In this document: in pieces, positions 47,859 through 56,888 of the stretch
Layout: every line of letters begins with the position of its first letter
Numbering within the stretch: the first letter of the stretch is position 1
Source of the DNA: Halarcobacter sp.
GTDB taxonomy: Bacteria > Campylobacterota > Campylobacteria > Campylobacterales > Arcobacteraceae
Reading direction: 5' to 3'
DNA: 64,000 bases
Assembly: GCA_048571215.1 (NCBI GenBank)
Contig: CP182352.1
Coordinates: forward strand, 1,024,001 to 1,088,000
Made by a program: the position numbers and the translations under genes
The notes under the pieces: model-generated
What the model was told of the DNA's origin: nothing
What the model saw: the letters and a program-made list of their open reading frames with translations, nothing else
Databases searched by the model: none

Positions 47859-47904
47859 CTCTTTTTACTATGAGGGTACTGATTTACTTAAAAACAATCT
47901 TTAA
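47830..47904 (+). pseudogene. Truncated Fic toxin (first 24 codons only)
   Basis: MISKYHLKDNSFYYEGTDLLKNNL* matches the SKY...Y.YxGTxVLKNxL start of class I Fic toxins; overlaps the antitoxin 3' end; no HPFxxGNGR follows. Confidence 0.7.
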
Positions 47905-48121
47905 AATACTAATACAAAATACATTTGTGTAAAAAGTATGAATAGTTACACATATTATAATTATATGTGCAAAATATTAGAGAAATTATCCATATCAAAA
48001 ATAGATATAATATATTGACTGATTCCATAGAAAGGTATGTTTAATCTATTGGTATGTATTCTTAGTAAAATATTGATATAATAATTTTTATTGATATTAA
48101 AGTAAAATCTAATGGAGATAG

Positions 48122-49120
48122 ATGAGTAAAAAAAATATAAAGATTGTTCAAAATATTTTAAAAAAGCAAGATAAATATGACATAGCTATAAAACTTGAAA
48201 ATGCTTATTATGAAGATTATCAAATAGATAATTGGAATGGTGGTATTGGTCAGGTTGAGATATTTGTTCATCCTAATTATTTTTTTGAATTTAATAGTTT
48301 AGATGAAGAAACTACAACTATTTTGATAAAAATATTTAATGCTTTACCCCATGAATACTTTGAGATTAACTCCATAAAATTTTCAATAAATACTGATGTA
48401 AATATTGAAAATATAAGTGATACACTATACATATTTGTTGATGAGGCTGGAGATTTTGATTTCTCTTCAAAAGGTTCAAAGCATTATATGTTTACTTTTT
48501 TGGCAAAAAGAAGACCTTTTAATCTACATGAATATATTTCAAACTATAGATACTCATTATTAGAAAGAAATTTAGACCCATTTATTGATAAAAGATTAGA
48601 TATCGAAGCATTTCATGCTTGTGAAGATAATAGTTATGTAAAAAATGAATTATTTAATATCATCTCTACTTTTGATGAAAGTAGTGTAAAAGCTTACTCT
48701 TATGTACTGGATAAACCCAAAGTCTTACCTGATAAAAGAGCTCAAAAAGATAAGTTTTATATTGATAATCTTAGTTTTGCTATTCAAAAGCTCTTGGATG
48801 GATTGCAAATTGATAAAAACTTTGTAATTATTACAGATAGATTGCCAGTACAAAAAAATAAAAACAAACAAGTTGGGGCTTTAAAAAAAGGGATTAAAGA
48901 GTATCTAAAAAATAAAAAACTTGATAAACAAATAAGATATGATATTTTTCATCATTGTAGTGCATCAAGTGCAAATCTTCAAATTGTTGATTATATCTGT
49001 TGGGCAATATTTAGAAAGTTTGAAAGAAATGATGATAGATATTATAAAAGAGTTGAAAAATATTTGATAAAAATTGATGAAATGACTAAGGATAGGAAAA
49101 AAGTTCATTATGATAAATGA
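48122..49120 (+). CDS. DUF3800 family protein (predicted RNase H-like fold) with an extra N-terminal domain
   Basis: YIFVDEAGD, FHA, IITDR and NLQIVDYICWAI (QxxD) motifs; extended -10 TGATATAAT at 48074-48082. Confidence 0.85.
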   Translation: MSKKNIKIVQNILKKQDKYDIAIKLENAYYEDYQIDNWNGGIGQVEIFVHPNYFFEFNSLDEETTTILIKIFNALPHEYFEINSIKFSINTDVNIENISDTLYIFVDEAGDFDFSSKGSKHYMFTFLAKRRPFNLHEYISNYRYSLLERNLDPFIDKRLDIEAFHACEDNSYVKNELFNIISTFDESSVKAYSYVLDKPKVLPDKRAQKDKFYIDNLSFAIQKLLDGLQIDKNFVIITDRLPVQKNKNKQVGALKKGIKEYLKNKKLDKQIRYDIFHHCSASSANLQIVDYICWAIFRKFERNDDRYYKRVEKYLIKIDEMTKDRKKVHYDK

Positions 49121-49178
49121 CCCATTCTACCTATCTTGCGAAGCCTCCCTTGGAGTCTTATCAGTAGATGGGAACTTT
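49097..49178 (-). ncRNA. Predicted DUF3800-associated structured RNA, convergent with the gene
   Basis: Outer stem 49121-49130 / 49164-49172 encloses two small hairpins (GCAA tetraloop on the minus strand); own promoter upstream. Ends approximate. Confidence 0.72.
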
Positions 49179-49183
49179 TCAAA

Positions 49184-49212
49184 ATTATATCAAAAAATTT
49201 CCAAATATGCAA
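49184..49212 (-). promoter_or_regulatory. Sigma70-type promoter for the DUF3800-associated RNA
   Basis: TTGCAT (49212-49207), 17 nt, TATAAT (49189-49184). Confidence 0.7.
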
Positions 49213-49244
49213 GTAATATTACGGACTGATTAATTAAGGAATAA

Positions 49245-49432
49245 ATGTTGAGTACCCAAAGTGAAGTAGTATTAATGGAAGAGAACTTTTGAAAAATGCT
49301 GGAAATATATCTCACCAAATAGCAAAAGAAAAAAGTGAATTAGAGTACAAAAAATATAAACAACAGCAAAAAAATTTGCAAAGGTGTGAGAGTCTTAAAG
49401 AATTAGAAAAGGATATTAAAAAATCAAGGTAA
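49245..49432 (+). pseudogene. RhuM-family gene remnant with large internal deletion
   Basis: RBS AAGGA + MLSTQSEVV joined out of frame to INGRELLKNAGNISHQIAKEKSELEYKKYK...* (49271-49432), a RhuM-type C-terminus. Confidence 0.7.
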
Positions 49433-49549
49433 TATCTACTAATTTTCTCAACTTTATTTTTGACACAAATCAACATTTTTTAACCTAAATCTGCTATTAT
49501 TATACACATAGATATGAAAAATATACAACTAATTTACTAAGGATTATGC

Positions 49550-50230
49550 ATGAGTGAGATTCATGAGTTTTTTAATAGACAGATAAAACTTTGGGGTGAA
49601 CAAACCCAAGATAGTTTACAAGATAAAAAGGTGGCTATTATTGGAAGTGGAGGGCTTGGTTGTACACTTGGTATTGCTCTTGGGGCTTCTGGTATAGGGG
49701 AATTTGCTCTTGTGGATTTTGATGAGGTTGGGGTTCACAATATCCATAGACAAATAGGTTTTAAAGTTGGAGATGATGGTAAACAAAAAGCTGAGGTTTT
49801 AAAGGAGCTTATTGAGTCAAGGTGTCCTTATACTAAGGTTACAGCTTATACAGAATCTTTTGAAGAGTTTGCTTCAAGAGATTTAGAGTTTGATATTTTG
49901 ATTGATGCAACTGACAACCTTCCAACAAGGGCAGCTATAAATGAATACTGCATAAACAAAAAACAACCTTGGATATATGGAAGTGTTGAAGAGTTTCATG
50001 GTCAGGTTTGTTTTTTTGATAAGGCTTCATATGAAGCTGTTTTTCAAATCAATGATAGAAAACCAAACGGTATTGCTTGTCCTATTGTTATGCATATTGG
50101 TTCTTTACAAGCAAATTTAGCCATAAGATATCTAACTGGATTGCCTGTTAAAAAAGATGTTTTATATTATCTTTCTTTTACAGAAGAGGGTGTTTTAGAA
50201 AACAAAAAATTCAATCTTCCAACTTCTTAA
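49550..50230 (+). CDS. ThiF/MoeB/HesA family adenylyltransferase
   Basis: IIGSGGLG, DFDEVGVHNIHRQ, DATDN. Confidence 0.92.
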   Translation: MSEIHEFFNRQIKLWGEQTQDSLQDKKVAIIGSGGLGCTLGIALGASGIGEFALVDFDEVGVHNIHRQIGFKVGDDGKQKAEVLKELIESRCPYTKVTAYTESFEEFASRDLEFDILIDATDNLPTRAAINEYCINKKQPWIYGSVEEFHGQVCFFDKASYEAVFQINDRKPNGIACPIVMHIGSLQANLAIRYLTGLPVKKDVLYYLSFTEEGVLENKKFNLPTS

Positions 50231-50242
50231 GGAATAAATATC

Positions 50243-50842
50243 TTGAAAAAAGAGATACAAGAAGATGCTTTTGCATCTTTAAAAAGCTATATGGATGATT
50301 TTAATCCTATTGATGAAAAAGTATGGACAAAACTTTTAGAGTTAGCAAAAATTCATATTATCAAAAAAAATCAAATCATCTATGCCTTTGATGATATTAT
50401 GACTTCATTTTTTTATATACACAAAGGTTTATTTAGAGCTTACATTTTAGATGACAAAGGTGAACAATACAATAAAAACTTTTTTCAAGAGTATCTTTTC
50501 TTTGGTCCCCTGTCTCCTTCAATGTACAAAGAACCAATAAAATTTCAAATCGAATCAATAGAAGATGGTATCTTAATAGAATTTGATAATAAGAGATATA
50601 GAGAGTTACTTTTAGAAGATGATAGTTTAAAGCTTTTTCATATCAATTATGTGGAAAAACGTTTAGAAATCACAAAAAATATTTTAGAAGAGAACCGTAT
50701 GAAAGATGATGCTGTTACTCGTTATGAAAAATTTACAAAAAACTATCCAGGACTTTCTAAAAGACTCTCTTTATATCATATAGCTTCTTATTTAGGTATT
50801 ACTCCCACACATTTAAGCAGAATACGAAAAAAATCAACATAG
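50243..50842 (+). CDS. Crp/Fnr-family cNMP-binding regulator
   Basis: FYIHKGLFRAY, IESIED and C-terminal IASYLGITPTHLSRIRK. Confidence 0.9.
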   Translation: MKKEIQEDAFASLKSYMDDFNPIDEKVWTKLLELAKIHIIKKNQIIYAFDDIMTSFFYIHKGLFRAYILDDKGEQYNKNFFQEYLFFGPLSPSMYKEPIKFQIESIEDGILIEFDNKRYRELLLEDDSLKLFHINYVEKRLEITKNILEENRMKDDAVTRYEKFTKNYPGLSKRLSLYHIASYLGITPTHLSRIRKKST

Positions 50843-50896
50843 GTATATTAATTATTTTTAAAATACTGTTATACTTCAAATAAAAAAGGAGTATCG

Positions 50897-51628
50897 ATGG
50901 ATTTAAGCCTTGTCTCATGGGTATATTTTTTAATATCAGCACTTATTGTTGGTTTTTCTAAAACCTCTGTTGGAGGTTTAGGTATTATAGTAGTTCTAAC
51001 TATGGCTTTAGCTTTTCCTGCAAAAGAATCAGTGGGAGTTTTATTGCCAATGTTAGTTGCCGCAGATATTATTGCAGTAATTTTTTATAAAAGAGATTGC
51101 AATTGGAAAATTATATTTAAGATTTTCCCTTTAACTGCTTTGGGTGTTGTTTTAGGATATTTTATATTAGATAAAATCTCAAAAGATATTTTTGAAGTTG
51201 TATTAGGTGTGATAATTTTATCAATGTTAGTATTAAGTACAATAATAGAAAAGAAAAATCTTGATTTTTCAGATAGTAAATTATTTGCAGTACCTATTGG
51301 AATATTAGCTGGAATAGCTACAATGTTAGCAAATGCGGCTGGTCCTTTGATGGCGATTTATTTTTTACAGCTTGGCTTACCTAAAAAAGATTTTGTAGGG
51401 ACAAGAAGTTGGTTCTTTTTATTGTTAAATGTTTTTAAACTACCTTTTTCTGCAAATCTAGGTCTTATCTCTTTTCATACCTTATCGTTAAATTTATTGA
51501 GTATTCTTATTATTGTTTTAGGAGCTTTTCTAGGTGTAAAGTTTTTGAAAAAAATAGATATGAATATCTTTTCATGGATTATAAAAATATCTGCGTTTTT
51601 TGTTTCTATCAAATTGATTTTCTTTTAA
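50897..51628 (+). CDS. TauE/SafE sulfite-exporter family membrane protein
   Basis: GFSKTSVGG, LLPMLVAADI, TMLANAAGP, LLNVFKLP. Confidence 0.9.
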   Translation: MDLSLVSWVYFLISALIVGFSKTSVGGLGIIVVLTMALAFPAKESVGVLLPMLVAADIIAVIFYKRDCNWKIIFKIFPLTALGVVLGYFILDKISKDIFEVVLGVIILSMLVLSTIIEKKNLDFSDSKLFAVPIGILAGIATMLANAAGPLMAIYFLQLGLPKKDFVGTRSWFFLLLNVFKLPFSANLGLISFHTLSLNLLSILIIVLGAFLGVKFLKKIDMNIFSWIIKISAFFVSIKLIFF

Positions 51629-51715
51629 AAAACACATAACTCATTTTTAAGCACTTTTTGGATACACTTTCCAAATTTTTAACTACAATAATTAAACTAT
51701 ATGGGGAAACTTTTT

Positions 51716-54700
51716 ATGCCAAAAAGAGAAGATATAAAATCTATTTTACTTATAGGTTCAGGGCCTATTGTTATTGGACAAGCCTGTGAGTTTGACTACT
51801 CAGGTACACAAGCTACAAAAACTTTAAAAGAGTTAGGGTATAGAGTTGTTTTGATTAACTCAAATCCAGCAACTATTATGACAGACCCAGAGTTTGCTGA
51901 TAGAACATACATAGAACCAATCACTGAAGAGGTTGTTGCAAAGATAATTGAAAAAGAGAATATTGATGCTATTTTACCAACTATGGGTGGACAAACAGCA
52001 CTTAATGTTGCAACAACTATGTATGATAAAGGTATGTTAGAGGGTGTTAAGTTTCTTGGTGCAAACCCTGAGGCTATCAAAAAAGGTGAAGATAGACACC
52101 TTTTCAATGAAGCTATGATAAAAATTGGTATGGATTTACCAAAAAGTGCAAATGCATATAGTGTTGATGAAGCTATAAAAGTAGCAAAAGAGATTGGATT
52201 TCCTGTTATTTCAAGAGCTTCTTTTACCCTTGCAGGTGGAGGTTCTGGTGTTGCTTACAATATGGAAGAGTTTAAAGCCTTAGCAGAAGCTGGTATTGAA
52301 GCATCTCCTATCAATGAAATTGAGATTATGGAGTCTATGCTTGGTTGGAAAGAGTACGAAATGGAAGTTATCAGAGACAAAAAAGATAACTGTATTATTG
52401 TATGTTCTATTGAAAACTTAGACCCTATGGGGGTTCATACTGGGGATTCTATCACTATAGCACCTGCTCTTACTTTGACAGATAAAGAGTATCAAAATAT
52501 GAGAAATGCATCTTTTGCAATTCTAAGAGAGATTGGTGTTGATACTGGTGGTTCAAATGTACAGTTCTCAATTTGCCCAAAAACTGGAAGAATGATTGTA
52601 ATTGAGATGAACCCTAGAGTTTCTCGTTCTTCTGCACTTGCTTCTAAAGCAACTGGTTATCCTATCGCAAAAGTTGCAACTCTTCTTGCTGTTGGGTTTA
52701 CACTTGATGAGATTGAGAATGATATTACAGGAACAACTGCCTCTTTTGAGCCAGTTATTGATTATATTGTTACAAAAATACCTCGATTTACTTTTGAAAA
52801 ATTCCCTAAAGCAGACTCTACACTTACAACTTCTATGAAATCTGTAGGTGAAGTTATGTCTATGGGTAGAACATTTAACGAATCTATCCAAAAAGCACTT
52901 TGTTCTTTAGAAACAGGTCTTTGTGGTTTTGATTCTATCTCTACAGATTTAGATTTAATCAAAAAAGAGATTAGAAGACCAAATGATAAAAGACTACTAT
53001 ATCTAATGGATGGGATGAGACAAGGACTTACAAATGATGATATTTTTGATCTTTGTGCAATTGATCCTTGGTATCTAACTAAGTTTAGACAAATTATTGA
53101 TATGGAAAAATCTATTGATGAATCAATTTTAAGTGATGAATCTGCTATGAGAATAGTTAAATCAAATGGATTTAGTGATGCTATGATAGCAAGATTAATC
53201 GGAAAAACAGAAGAAGATGTTTATCAAGCTAGAAAAACTTTAGAAGTTGATTTTGAGTACAATGAAGTTGATACTTGTTCTGCTGAGTTTAAAGCACTTA
53301 CTCCATATCTTTACTCAACTACAAATGTAACAAAAACTCCTCAAATAAATAAAATAACAGATGAGAAAAAAGTTATGATTATTGGTGGGGGACCAAATAG
53401 AATTGGTCAGGGTATTGAGTTTGATTATTGTTGTGTTCATGCTTCATTTGCATTAAATGAGATGGGTGTAAAAACTATTATGTATAACTGCAACCCTGAA
53501 ACAGTATCTACTGATTATGATACTTCAGATATATTATACTTTGAGCCAATCGACTTTGAACATGTAAGAAGTGTAGTAGAAAAAGAGAATCCAGATGGAG
53601 TAATTGTTCACTTTGGTGGACAAACTCCACTAAAACTTGCAAATGCTTTGACAGCTGCAGGAGCAAAAATCATTGGTACAACTGCTGAAGTTATTGATTT
53701 AGCTGAAGATAGAAAAAAATTCTCTACTTTTGTTGATAAAGTAGGTTTATTACAACCTGAAAATGGTACAGCAGTAGAAGTTATTGAAGCTATTGAAATA
53801 GCTGAAAGAATTGGTTATCCAGTGTTAGTTAGACCTTCATTTGTACTTGGTGGTAGAGGTATGAAAATTGTTTATTCTACTGAAGAATTAAAACAATATA
53901 TGGATGAAGCAGTATCTGTTTCAAATGATGCTCCTGTACTTATTGATAAATTTCTTGATAGAGCAATTGAGCTTGATGTTGATTGTATTTGTGATGGAAA
54001 AGAGGTATATATTGGTGGAATCATGCAACATATTGAAGAAGCTGGTGTTCACTCTGGGGATTCTGCTTGTTCACTTCCTCCTGTATCAATTGACCCTGAG
54101 CTTATCAAAGAGCTTGAAACGAAAACAAAAGCTATGGCATTGGGTCTTGGTGTTGTAGGACTTATGAATACTCAATATGCTATTCACAAAGGGCAAATCT
54201 ATTTAATCGAAGTAAATCCAAGAGCATCAAGAACAGTTCCTTTTGTATCTAAAGCAACAGGTATGCCTTTGGCAAAAGTTGCTACAAGAGTTATGTGGGG
54301 TGAAAGTCTAAGAAGTGCACTTGATACATATAATTCTGATTTGATTTGGGAAGATAATGAAGTTCTAAAACCAATTTTGAAAAATCATGTAGCTATCAAA
54401 GAAGCGGTATTTCCATTCAATAAACTTAGTGGTTCAGATATGATATTAACACCTGAGATGAAATCAACTGGTGAAGTTATGGGTATCTCAGATAATTTTG
54501 GTACTTCATATGCAAAATCTCAAAGTGCTGCTAAAAATGACCTTCCAACAGAAGGAAAAGTATTTATCTCATTGTGTGACTTAGATAAAGAGTTTGCACC
54601 AAAAATAGCAAAAGGTTTAGTAGATCAAGGTTTTTCAGTAGTAGCAACAGGTGGAACACACAAAGCTATTACAGATGCTGGAATTGAGTGTGAAAAAGTA

Positions 54701-54958
54701 CTTAAGATTTCTGAAGGAAGACCAAATATTACTGATTCTATTACAAATGGAGAGATAGCTCTTGCACTTAATACAAGTGATGGAAAAGAATCTTCAAAAG
54801 ATGATGGTAAAAATATCAGAAGAGCAGTGTTAAAAGAAAATATCCCTTATGTAACAACAGCTGCTGCTGCTTTAGCTTGTGTTGAGGCTATGAAAGCATT
54901 AAAACAAAAAGATGGAATGGGTGTAAAATCTATCCAAGAATTTTTACATGACAAGTAA
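51716..54958 (+). CDS. carB: Carbamoyl-phosphate synthase large subunit
   Basis: [43 protein letters not shown] domain. Confidence 0.99.
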   Translation: MPKREDIKSILLIGSGPIVIGQACEFDYSGTQATKTLKELGYRVVLINSNPATIMTDPEFADRTYIEPITEEVVAKIIEKENIDAILPTMGGQTALNVATTMYDKGMLEGVKFLGANPEAIKKGEDRHLFNEAMIKIGMDLPKSANAYSVDEAIKVAKEIGFPVISRASFTLAGGGSGVAYNMEEFKALAEAGIEASPINEIEIMESMLGWKEYEMEVIRDKKDNCIIVCSIENLDPMGVHTGDSITIAPALTLTDKEYQNMRNASFAILREIGVDTGGSNVQFSICPKTGRMIVIEMNPRVSRSSALASKATGYPIAKVATLLAVGFTLDEIENDITGTTASFEPVIDYIVTKIPRFTFEKFPKADSTLTTSMKSVGEVMSMGRTFNESIQKALCSLETGLCGFDSISTDLDLIKKEIRRPNDKRLLYLMDGMRQGLTNDDIFDLCAIDPWYLTKFRQIIDMEKSIDESILSDESAMRIVKSNGFSDAMIARLIGKTEEDVYQARKTLEVDFEYNEVDTCSAEFKALTPYLYSTTNVTKTPQINKITDEKKVMIIGGGPNRIGQGIEFDYCCVHASFALNEMGVKTIMYNCNPETVSTDYDTSDILYFEPIDFEHVRSVVEKENPDGVIVHFGGQTPLKLANALTAAGAKIIGTTAEVIDLAEDRKKFSTFVDKVGLLQPENGTAVEVIEAIEIAERIGYPVLVRPSFVLGGRGMKIVYSTEELKQYMDEAVSVSNDAPVLIDKFLDRAIELDVDCICDGKEVYIGGIMQHIEEAGVHSGDSACSLPPVSIDPELIKELETKTKAMALGLGVVGLMNTQYAIHKGQIYLIEVNPRASRTVPFVSKATGMPLAKVATRVMWGESLRSALDTYNSDLIWEDNEVLKPILKNHVAIKEAVFPFNKLSGSDMILTPEMKSTGEVMGISDNFGTSYAKSQSAAKNDLPTEGKVFISLCDLDKEFAPKIAKGLVDQGFSVVATGGTHKAITDAGIECEKVLKISEGRPNITDSITNGEIALALNTSDGKESSKDDGKNIRRAVLKENIPYVTTAAAALACVEAMKALKQKDGMGVKSIQEFLHDK

Positions 54959-55401
54959 TGGACTCTTCTTTAGTCTATTTAGTACAAACTGATACAACAG
55001 TAGGTTTCTCATCAAGTGATGATGAGAAACTCTGCCTAATAAAAAATAGACCTACCAACCAAAAAACTCTCCAAACTGTAGATAGTTTTAAAACCTTAAA
55101 ATTAAAAACAAGAGTTCCTAAACTTCATAAAAAAAGAGTAAGAAACTCAAAAAAAACAACCTTTATATATCCAAATTCTCAATCTTTTAGAGTAATCTCA
55201 AGGGATGATAAGTATTATAGTTTTATATCTAAGTTTAAAGTGCTTTATTCAAGCTCTGCAAACCTTACTAAAAAGAGTTTTGATTTTGAATTTGCATCAA
55301 AGAGTAGTGATGTTGTTGTTTTTACCAAAGAGGGCTTTAGTGAAAAAACTCCATCATCAATTTATAAGCTATATAAAAATAAACTAAAAAGGATTAGATA
55401 A
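54958..55401 (+). CDS. Short Sua5/YrdC (TsaC-like) protein
   Basis: QTDTTVGF, IKNR, SSSANLT, PSSIY. Confidence 0.82.
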   Translation: MDSSLVYLVQTDTTVGFSSSDDEKLCLIKNRPTNQKTLQTVDSFKTLKLKTRVPKLHKKRVRNSKKTTFIYPNSQSFRVISRDDKYYSFISKFKVLYSSSANLTKKSFDFEFASKSSDVVVFTKEGFSEKTPSSIYKLYKNKLKRIR

Positions 55402-56708
55402 TGTTTATTCAAAGAGAAGAAGAGATTAAAATTCTTGAAGATGAATATAGTAGTGCGAATTCAACAATCCAATTTATTTTTGGTGCAAAAAATAGTGGTA
55501 AAACAACTCTTTTACAAAAATTCTCAAAAGAAAAAGATACACTTTATTTTTCAAATTGTGAAATGTTACCTGCACATTTTTTTACCCAGATGGCAAATAT
55601 TATAAGTAACTATTTCCATGGTATTGATACAGTTGGAAAACCTTTTAATAGTTTTTATGAGCTTTTAGTTTTTTTACAAGAACAAAATATCGAAAAAAAA
55701 TTAGTAATTATATTTGATGATTTTCAAAATATCCTAAAAGTTGATAAAAATGGATTAGATGAGCTTTTAAAGCTTTGGAAAGCAAGTTTGAGAAAAAAGA
55801 ATATTCAACTACTAATATCAAGCTCAAATCTTTTCAGTGATGATAAATATAAAGAGATATGTAATATTTCAGGGGCTAATATAAGGTTAAAATATTTAGA
55901 CTTTTTGGCTATAAAAGAGTTTTTACCAAATATAAACAAGTTGGATCAATTGTATATATATTCACTACTTGGGACAAGTCCCTCGAATCTGAAATATTAT
56001 AATCCAAAAATAGAGTTCACAGAAAACATCTATAATCTATTTTTAACAACAAATGCCTATCTTTTTGAATATGGTATAAGGATATTAAAAACAGAGATAA
56101 GTGATATAGGAACATACTCCTCTATACTTTATGCAATAGCCAAAGGGAACTCAAAAGTAGGGGATATAGCTACATTTTTAGATGTGAAACCAACACATCT
56201 TTCTAGGTATCTTCAAAAGCTAATTGATATGATGATTTTAGATAAGAGTGTACCCCTTGGGGAAGATAAAAAGAATTCGAAATTTGGAAGATATATAATT
56301 CTGGACAATACTCTTAAGTTTTGGTTTTCATATATATTTCCAAACTTTTCTGCACTTCAACAAAACAATGTAAAAGAGGTTAGTAAAATAATCCAAGATG
56401 AGTTTATTAGAAAAACTGTTTTTTCAAGTTATAAAAGCTGTATAAAAGAGTATATAGATAGAAAACAAGAAACAATCTTTGGATATAAACCTATTTTAAC
56501 TGGAGCTTGGTGGGATAATCAAAACAATAGTATAGATTTGATTGCATACAATAAAAAATACATCACTTTTGTTCAGATACTTTGGGAAGAAAAAGATATG
56601 GCTCAAATTGCATATAGTAAGCTTAAAAATGCTTCTGAAAAGTTTGAAACTTCATTAGAAAAAAAATACTTAATTATCACTAAAAATACCTTTTTTAATA
56701 TCAATTAA
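55401..56708 (+). CDS. AAA-type ATP-binding protein with wHTH and DUF234-like C-terminus
   Basis: FIQREEE, GAKNSGKTT, IIFDDFQ, DNTLKFWF, GAWWD...IDLIA. Confidence 0.85.
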   Translation: MFIQREEEIKILEDEYSSANSTIQFIFGAKNSGKTTLLQKFSKEKDTLYFSNCEMLPAHFFTQMANIISNYFHGIDTVGKPFNSFYELLVFLQEQNIEKKLVIIFDDFQNILKVDKNGLDELLKLWKASLRKKNIQLLISSSNLFSDDKYKEICNISGANIRLKYLDFLAIKEFLPNINKLDQLYIYSLLGTSPSNLKYYNPKIEFTENIYNLFLTTNAYLFEYGIRILKTEISDIGTYSSILYAIAKGNSKVGDIATFLDVKPTHLSRYLQKLIDMMILDKSVPLGEDKKNSKFGRYIILDNTLKFWFSYIFPNFSALQQNNVKEVSKIIQDEFIRKTVFSSYKSCIKEYIDRKQETIFGYKPILTGAWWDNQNNSIDLIAYNKKYITFVQILWEEKDMAQIAYSKLKNASEKFETSLEKKYLIITKNTFFNIN

Positions 56709-56716
56709 TTAGGATT

Positions 56717-56800
56717 ATTATGTTACATAACATAATATTATTTAATTATATAAAAACTGTATATAGGTATTTTATAAATAATTATGTTTTTAAACATAAT
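56717..56800. promoter_or_regulatory. Twin palindromic operators ATTATGTT-N4-AACATAAT upstream of the RTX gene
   Basis: Copies at 56717-56736 and 56781-56800. Confidence 0.6.
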
Positions 56801-56888
56801 TATTTTAAATAAACAAATATTTTTTTAATAAATAAATATAAATTCAGCTATAATTTATTTTATAAATGTGGATATTTAAGGATAAATC

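Larger units (their letters stand above)
41243..49432. mobile_element. Accessory defence/toxin-antitoxin island (variable hotspot) between xseB and the ThiF-family gene
   Basis: radC, PemK remnant + sRNA, type I R-M, Fic module, DUF3800 + sRNA, rhuM remnant. No integrase, transposase or att repeats seen; limits approximate. Confidence 0.65.

Noticed and set aside
47949..47969. CACATAT-N7-ATATGTG palindrome resembling the one at 26075
   Set aside because: The spacer length differs and the context is very AT-rich, so a shared regulator cannot be supported.
41165..49549. Prophage, ICE or IS identity for the island
   Set aside because: No integrase, transposase, tRNA target or flanking direct repeats were found by eye.
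50833..50848. Possible Crp/Fnr-type site at the end of the regulator gene, upstream of the TauE gene
   Set aside because: TCAAC-ATAG-GTATA is only partly symmetric; too weak to call.
26173..51628. Apparent sulfur-handling theme (rhodanese-like, YeeE/YedE, ThiF, TauE)
   Set aside because: The genes are scattered over 25 kb in separate transcription units with no shared motif seen.
538..55387. Many 60-110 aa ORFs nested in or antisense to longer genes
   Set aside because: They overlap well-supported genes and show no motifs of their own.
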